12,052 bases of DNA. Origin: an uncultured Deferribacteres bacterium. Lineage in GTDB: Bacteria; Zhuqueibacterota; Zhuqueibacteria; Zhuqueibacterales; Geothermadaptataceae. Of the stretch, positions 7,860 to 12,052 are shown in pieces. Under the pieces are notes generated by a model, which was not told the origin of the DNA, made no database searches, and saw nothing but the letters and a program-made list of their open reading frames with translations. Position 1 is the stretch's first letter. Each line of letters starts with the position of its first letter. The position numbers and the translations under genes were made by a program. The DNA lies in the NCBI GenBank assembly GCA_964014485.1, contig CAXHAT010000218.1:1-12052 (forward strand). The letters run 5' to 3'.

Positions 7860-8626
7860 GCCGCGGCCTCCTCTTTCACGCCATTTTCAGTCGGGCGACC
7901 ATAGTTTGTTAAACGATAAAAAGGTTCTTCCAGCGAGCCGTTTTCCTGCAATTCATCCGGCGTGCCGTCAAATACGAGACGGCCTTCGGAGACGAAAATC
8001 ACGCGGTCTGCAACAGCGTCGACTTCCTGTAGAATATGCGTTGAGAGTAGAATCGTCTTGGTCTTGCCCAGCTCGCGAATGTTCTTTCTGAACTCGCGAA
8101 TCTGGTTGGGATCGAGTCCGCCGGTCGGCTCGTCCATGATCAACACTTCGGGATCGTGCAGAAGCGCCTGCGCCAAACCGACGCGCTGACGATAACCTTT
8201 CGAGAGTTTGCCGATTGGCTTTTCCCGCACGTCGCGCAAGGCCGTTTGCTCGATCACTTGATCGATGCGATCCGAAATGTCGTCCTGGACAATGCCGCGC
8301 GCTTCGGCGAAAAACTCCAGAAGCTCCGCCGGAGTCATGTCGAGATAGAGCGGGCCGTTTTCCGGCAGATAACCGAGCTTTTCAGCCGCTGCCAGACGTT
8401 CGCGCCGCACGTCGAGTCCGGCGATGAAAGCGTCGCCCTTGCTCGGGGCGAGATAGCCGGTTAGAATTTTCATGGTCGTCGATTTCCCGGCGCCGTTCGG
8501 CCCCAGAAAAGCGGCGATCTGCCCCTTGGGGATTGCAAATGAAATATCATCGATCGCAACGAACGAGCCGTAATACTTGCTCACGCCCTTCGCCTCGATC
8601 ATGATCTGTTTTGAGTTATTGCTCAT
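7856..8626 (-). CDS. ABC-2-type transporter ATP-binding protein (GldA-like)
   Basis: Walker A GPNGAGKST, GYLPE loop, signature LSKGY, Walker B VLIMDEP, H-loop STH. RBS GAGGA upstream. Confidence 0.95.
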   Translation of the reverse strand: MSNNSKQIMIEAKGVSKYYGSFVAIDDISFAIPKGQIAAFLGPNGAGKSTTMKILTGYLAPSKGDAFIAGLDVRRERLAAAEKLGYLPENGPLYLDMTPAELLEFFAEARGIVQDDISDRIDQVIEQTALRDVREKPIGKLSKGYRQRVGLAQALLHDPEVLIMDEPTGGLDPNQIREFRKNIRELGKTKTILLSTHILQEVDAVADRVIFVSEGRLVFDGTPDELQENGSLEEPFYRLTNYGRPTENGVKEEAAA

Positions 8627-8685
8627 AATCCATTCCTCACCACAGTGATTTTTTGAATTTTCCTATCCAACTGGATCATTCGAAA

Positions 8686-8758
8686 CGTCATTCCCGCGCA
8701 GACGGGAATCTATCAAATCGTGCCAAAACAATGGATTCCCGCCTGCGCGAGAATGCCG
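8686..8758. repeat. CGTC-tagged palindromic repeat dimer (ATTCCC-N8-GGGAAT core)
   Basis: 8686-8710 CGTCATTCCCGCGCAGACGGGAATC and 8734-8758 are inverted repeats (22/25 identical) with a 23-nt spacer. Each arm is itself a hairpin. Confidence 0.85.
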
Positions 8759-9139
8759 GAAACCGGACGAGCCTGTGTGTTTGGGTAGTCCGTGAGGCTT
8801 TGTTCGCTTTGAATATGATTTAGCTGTTTGTGAAAAATCCAGTTTAAAAAGCATTCAGAAATTGTTATTGGAATTGTTCAGACGTCGCCCTGGAGATGGG
8901 CGCAAATCATAAAGCTGCAAAGTTAGACGATCTATCGACAATTTTTGGTTTAGCTTTCAGGCCGAAAAAACGCCGAAAGCCCAAATTTTCGAGCGACGAA
9001 TGTAATCAATGCTCCGCCATCAATGCAAGTTTTTTGGGATATGAATTTTTGTTGGTTTTTGACCTTGACATTTCTGCAAAGCTCAGATATGTTTGGGGTT
9101 GAAATTTTGAGAATGTTGTTTTTCGCCGAGGAAACAGAC

Positions 9140-9895
9140 ATGAAGAGCTGCTTAAAGAGCTTGTCGGCGCTGATTGCCGCTGTTGTAATGTTTTCCTGCT
9201 CGCAAGCTGGAAAACACCAAGCGCTTGAAGATATCGCCGCTGAAAGCGCCAGATACATTATCTATGGCGAGTTAATGCCTTTTGAGAAAGAATTGGGAGA
9301 TCGATTGTTCAGAGAACATTCTATTAAGTTGAGCAGAGAAGAAGATTGCACAGTAAATCAAGCTTACGTCAGCTTTGTCGAAGGGTATAACAAAGAAATT
9401 CAGAAACATTTTGGATTAGACATAGAAGCCGTTTTGAGCGAGTATTGGAAAGAAATCTCAGATTCACTTGTCCAGAAATCTGATGCGAGCAAAGAGACAT
9501 CTAACCTAAACAAGGCTGAGCCGGATACTTTCAAATGTAATATAAAAGTTCTGCTAAATGTATCTCAAAATAAAGATTCTTTAGAGGCAGAAACGCTCAA
9601 TCAATTTTTGATGACATTCGGAGCCGAATGCAATACCAATGTTGAATTCAGCGAATGGAGCAACGAACTGCTGTTTGACGTCATTCAGCGTTACCCTGTT
9701 CGGATTGTGCAGATTTTAACGGAAAACCAAGAATTAGAAGAAGACGTAATTCTATACGAATTGCGAAACCCTGTTCATGATGGAATCGATATTGAGCAGA
9801 CGATTCGCATTGTTAAGAAAGCTCTGCCCAAAAACTCCATGATGGGAAAAATTATTGACGCCCTCAAAACGGCAGAATTGAAGTATCACAATTAA
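9140..9895 (+). CDS. Putative lipoprotein of unknown function, apparently two domains
   Basis: ATG at 9140 has a GAGGA RBS and is preferred to the start at 9023. MKSCLKSLSALIAAVVMFS-C20 is a signal peptide with a lipobox-like end. 251 aa. Confidence 0.7.
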   Translation: MKSCLKSLSALIAAVVMFSCSQAGKHQALEDIAAESARYIIYGELMPFEKELGDRLFREHSIKLSREEDCTVNQAYVSFVEGYNKEIQKHFGLDIEAVLSEYWKEISDSLVQKSDASKETSNLNKAEPDTFKCNIKVLLNVSQNKDSLEAETLNQFLMTFGAECNTNVEFSEWSNELLFDVIQRYPVRIVQILTENQELEEDVILYELRNPVHDGIDIEQTIRIVKKALPKNSMMGKIIDALKTAELKYHN

Positions 9896-10007
9896 GCCAA
9901 ACTGGTTGCGTTGGTTAATAGAGCAATTTGTTCGATAGATTGATACTCAGCCTTCGCGCCTGATACAGAAAAAGGGGAACGGGTTTAAGGGTAACAAGAT
10001 CGAACCC

Positions 10008-10220
10008 ATGAAATGCATTTATTGTCAAGGCAAAATGGAGCGGAAAACGGCTTCGTTTCAAGTCCGTCACAAAGGTTATCATTTCGTGTTAAGCGCGGTT
10101 CCGGCCTGGGTTTGTACGCAATGCGGCGAGGTCTGTTTTGAAGAAGCCGAGGTGCAATCCATCCAATCCGTTCTGCAATCCCTTGATAAACGAACCAAGA
10201 AATTGGCCGTTGCCGCGTGA
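10008..10220 (+). CDS. YgiT-type (MqsA N-terminal-like) zinc-finger protein
   Basis: MKCIYCQG.M...VPAWVCTQCGE with two CxxC motifs in 70 aa and no HTH domain. Confidence 0.92.
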   Translation: MKCIYCQGKMERKTASFQVRHKGYHFVLSAVPAWVCTQCGEVCFEEAEVQSIQSVLQSLDKRTKKLAVAA

Positions 10221-10433
10221 TTTTTCAGCGGGGGCGAAGCAGCGTTTTGCGTAAGTCGGCATTTTGCTCTCTCTAAAATCCTTCTGGAGAAAAATCATCG
10301 AGAGTCCGAGCCTTCCTCAAGCGTGCTTGAAACGGAAAAAACATTGCACGCCAACTTCAAATATGTGATATTAAAAGCATATTCATTGAGCGCTCAAGGC
10401 GACCCAAATCGCAAACCAAAGGAGAAGCAAACA

Positions 10434-10652
10434 ATGATCACAAGAAAAACGGTTATAGACGAAATCCAAAAGCTGCCTGAACCGTACCTTTTTGAACTTT
10501 ACAAAATCATCAAGGACTTTGAGAAGACTAAAAAAGAAGCGGAACGTCAGCCGCAGAGTCTCATGGCAAAATTGAGAGACATAAAAATCAACGCGCCGAG
10601 CGACTTTTCACAAACGGCAGATTTGTATAATACCGGAAATGCCGAAAAATGA
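10434..10652 (+). CDS. Putative antitoxin (DUF2281-like) for the downstream VapC
   Basis: ATG at 10434 follows AAGGAG (10419-10424). IDEIQKLPE..L.ELY.II..F pattern and C-terminal SLMAKLRDIKINAPSDFS. ATGA overlap with vapC. Confidence 0.75.
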   Translation: MITRKTVIDEIQKLPEPYLFELYKIIKDFEKTKKEAERQPQSLMAKLRDIKINAPSDFSQTADLYNTGNAEK

Positions 10653-11053
10653 GCAGGACGTTTGTCGATACGGCGTTTGTTGTCGCGTTGGTCAACCAAA
10701 ATGATCAGTTTCACGCTCAGGCCGCGGAGTTGTCGAAGAAGTATGAAAATGAGCCCCTTATCATGACGGATATGATCTTATTCGAGATCGGCAACGCCTT
10801 GGCGCGAAACTACAAACACGAAGCGGTACAGATCATCAAGGCGTTTCGTTCGTCAGCTCAGACCCTGATAATTGAATTGAATTCCGCGCTTTTGGGAAGG
10901 GCGTTTGACATGTACGAAAAGTATGATGACAAAAGCTGGGGAATGGTTGATTGTCTTTCATTCGTTGTCATGCAAGATTATGAGATAAAAGACGCCTTAA
11001 CGTCGGACTATCATTTTAAACAAGCTAGTTTTAACATTTTAATGCAGGAATAA
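10649..11053 (+). CDS. vapC: VapC-family PIN-domain ribonuclease toxin
   Basis: 134 aa with intact acidic PIN residues: FVDTAF, ILFEIGN, WGMVDCLSF, ALTSDYHFKQA. Confidence 0.93.
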   Translation: MSRTFVDTAFVVALVNQNDQFHAQAAELSKKYENEPLIMTDMILFEIGNALARNYKHEAVQIIKAFRSSAQTLIIELNSALLGRAFDMYEKYDDKSWGMVDCLSFVVMQDYEIKDALTSDYHFKQASFNILMQE

Positions 11054-11062
11054 CTTCTTTCT

Positions 11063-11251
11063 ATGCCGAAACGCTCAGTCGATCAAGCGATTCAAGCTCT
11101 GGTAAAAGCCGGTATTCTAACGCCGCCGTCATCTTCGGAAACAACAGTGTCAATCTCAAAAACGGAGCGCCGGAAACTTGCGGACGCTATGGCGAAAGGA
11201 ATGAAGCGGCCTCTGTCTGAAATGGTTATCGAGGATCGGGGGCAATACTAA
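11063..11251 (+). CDS. Small VapB-like antitoxin or fragment with no adjacent cognate toxin
   Basis: 62 aa. LVKAGILTPP and the C-terminal PLSEMVIEDRG resemble the tails of antitoxins that precede PIN toxins. No clear RBS. Confidence 0.55.
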   Translation: MPKRSVDQAIQALVKAGILTPPSSSETTVSISKTERRKLADAMAKGMKRPLSEMVIEDRGQY

Positions 11252-11505
11252 AAGTCAAGACCGTTGCATACCACAAAGACTATAAACTCTTCGTCGAATT
11301 GTCAGATGGCAGAGCCGGTTATTTCGATGTGACTCCCTATCTGGACAAGGGCGTCTTTACCCAACTTAAGAATATCGATTACTTCAAATTGGTCAAAATA
11401 AACTTCTGCGGTATTGCTTGGCCGACAGGACAAGATTTCAGTGCGGAGGCCATCGCTTTCGAAATGGAAGAATTGTCCAAAAGAGAAACTCATGCCGGCC
11501 TTTGA
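11245..11505 (+). CDS. DUF2442 domain protein with non-canonical (ATA) or lost start codon
   Basis: The frame reads ILKVKTVAYHKDYKLFVELSDGRAGYFDVTPYLDKGVFTQLKNIDYF..V......IAWPTGQDFSAEAI, a full DUF2442-like pattern that begins 18 codons before the TTG at 11299. There is an in-frame stop at 11218-11220. Confidence 0.8.
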   Translation: MLKVKTVAYHKDYKLFVELSDGRAGYFDVTPYLDKGVFTQLKNIDYFKLVKINFCGIAWPTGQDFSAEAIAFEMEELSKRETHAGL

Positions 11506-11923
11506 TAGAAATCTGAAAATCCATAAAGACAAAGATTCAACTTGAAAAACTGAATTTCCAAGCGCTGAATTGAAATTATACCCCGCCCTCAGTTTCATCG
11601 TTTAAAACCTTCCATCGAAGGATGCCCGCCGTTTAAAAAAATTGCATTACTGTCGTATGATATTATTGTGAGAAAAGCCGTCAGCGTCGTATGATTCCGG
11701 GTTGTCAGCACACCTTTGTTTAAAACTCCTGACGAAAAAAATAATATCTTTTGGATTACTTATCGTCGATAACGGCGGGCGAGAAGGCGGCTTACGCCAA
11801 GGGCAGGAGAATCTCGGTTTGCCATTCTGTGGATATCTTTGCCGCCCTCCAGCGAGCCTGCGCTTACAGTTCAGGATTGGGTCAAAAAGGCGCATCCACG
11901 CGACGGCTAGAAGCTGTTTTAAA

Positions 11924-12052
11924 AGTCCCACAGGGACGGCCGAAAGTAGCCCGGAAGTTCACTTCCGGGGAAGGTGACGTTTTGTTTTTTGTCGAGCCCC
12001 GTCAGGGACGGTTGAAATTTTATCGCGTTTCCAGAATCAATCGTCCCTGACG
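11924..12052. repeat. Composite REP cluster truncated by the window end
   Basis: GTAG-CCCGGAAG-TTCA-CTTCCGGG at 11946-11969. Direct copies AGTCCCACAGGGACGGCCGAAA (11924-11945) and AGCCCCGTCAGGGACGGTTGAAA (11995-12017). Inverted copy TCAATCGTCCCTGACG at 12037-12052. Confidence 0.8.

Noticed and set aside
120..8464. Many plus-strand ORFs (e.g. 569-1216, 2198-2752, 3649-4203, 7690-8091)
   Set aside because: They are antisense shadows of well-supported minus-strand genes and have no recognisable motifs.
7856..8626. This ATPase as the partner of the MacB/FtsX permease
   Set aside because: It is an ABC-2/GldA-type ATPase translationally coupled to the GldF-G fusion and separated from the permease unit by a terminator.
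8663..9258. ORFs 8663-8854, 8896-9102, 8950-9258 and the 9023 start extension
   Set aside because: The first is a translation of the CGTC repeat (RHSRAGGNP/DSRLRGND). The others are spurious or antisense. The 9140 start has an RBS and signal peptide.
10323..10433. GTG-started N-terminal extension of the antitoxin
   Set aside because: AAGGAG-ATG at 10434 is a much better start, and the extension covers the likely promoter region (TTGCAC at 10344-10349).
9896..11640. Integron cassette array
   Set aside because: The small co-oriented genes are suggestive, but I found no convincing RYYYAAC...GTTRRRY attC palindromes, and several genes overlap directly.
11647..12050. ORFs 11647-11931, 11702-11977 and 11751-12050
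   Set aside because: They overlap each other, start at GTG/TTG without an RBS, run into repeats and show no recognisable domain.
11924..12052. CRISPR array
   Set aside because: The repeats are degenerate, in mixed orientation and irregularly spaced, and no cas genes are present. A REP cluster fits better.

Overview
Bacterial contig fragment, probably metagenomic, with leftover Illumina/Nextera adapter at 1-55 and a right end that breaks inside a palindromic repeat. After the 3' tail of a plus-strand gene (56-157) come two minus-strand units: a PadR regulator plus a duplicated MacB/FtsX-type 'orphan' permease, and a three-gene GldA / GldF-GldG fusion / DUF4340 ABC operon. From about 9.1 kb a more AT-rich plus-strand accessory region holds a two-domain lipoprotein and a run of small toxin-antitoxin modules. 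Only one pair is complete (DUF2281-like/VapC); the YgiT-type Zn finger, a second VapB-like ORF and a DUF2442 ORF lack their usual partners. Intergenic spaces carry at least three families of REP-like palindromes, including a (G/T)TAG + 8-bp stem + TTCA-loop family with fully compensatory substitutions. I see no clearly new multi-gene system; the best leads are the orphan-antitoxin array and the REP family. All family assignments come from motif recognition, not database searches.
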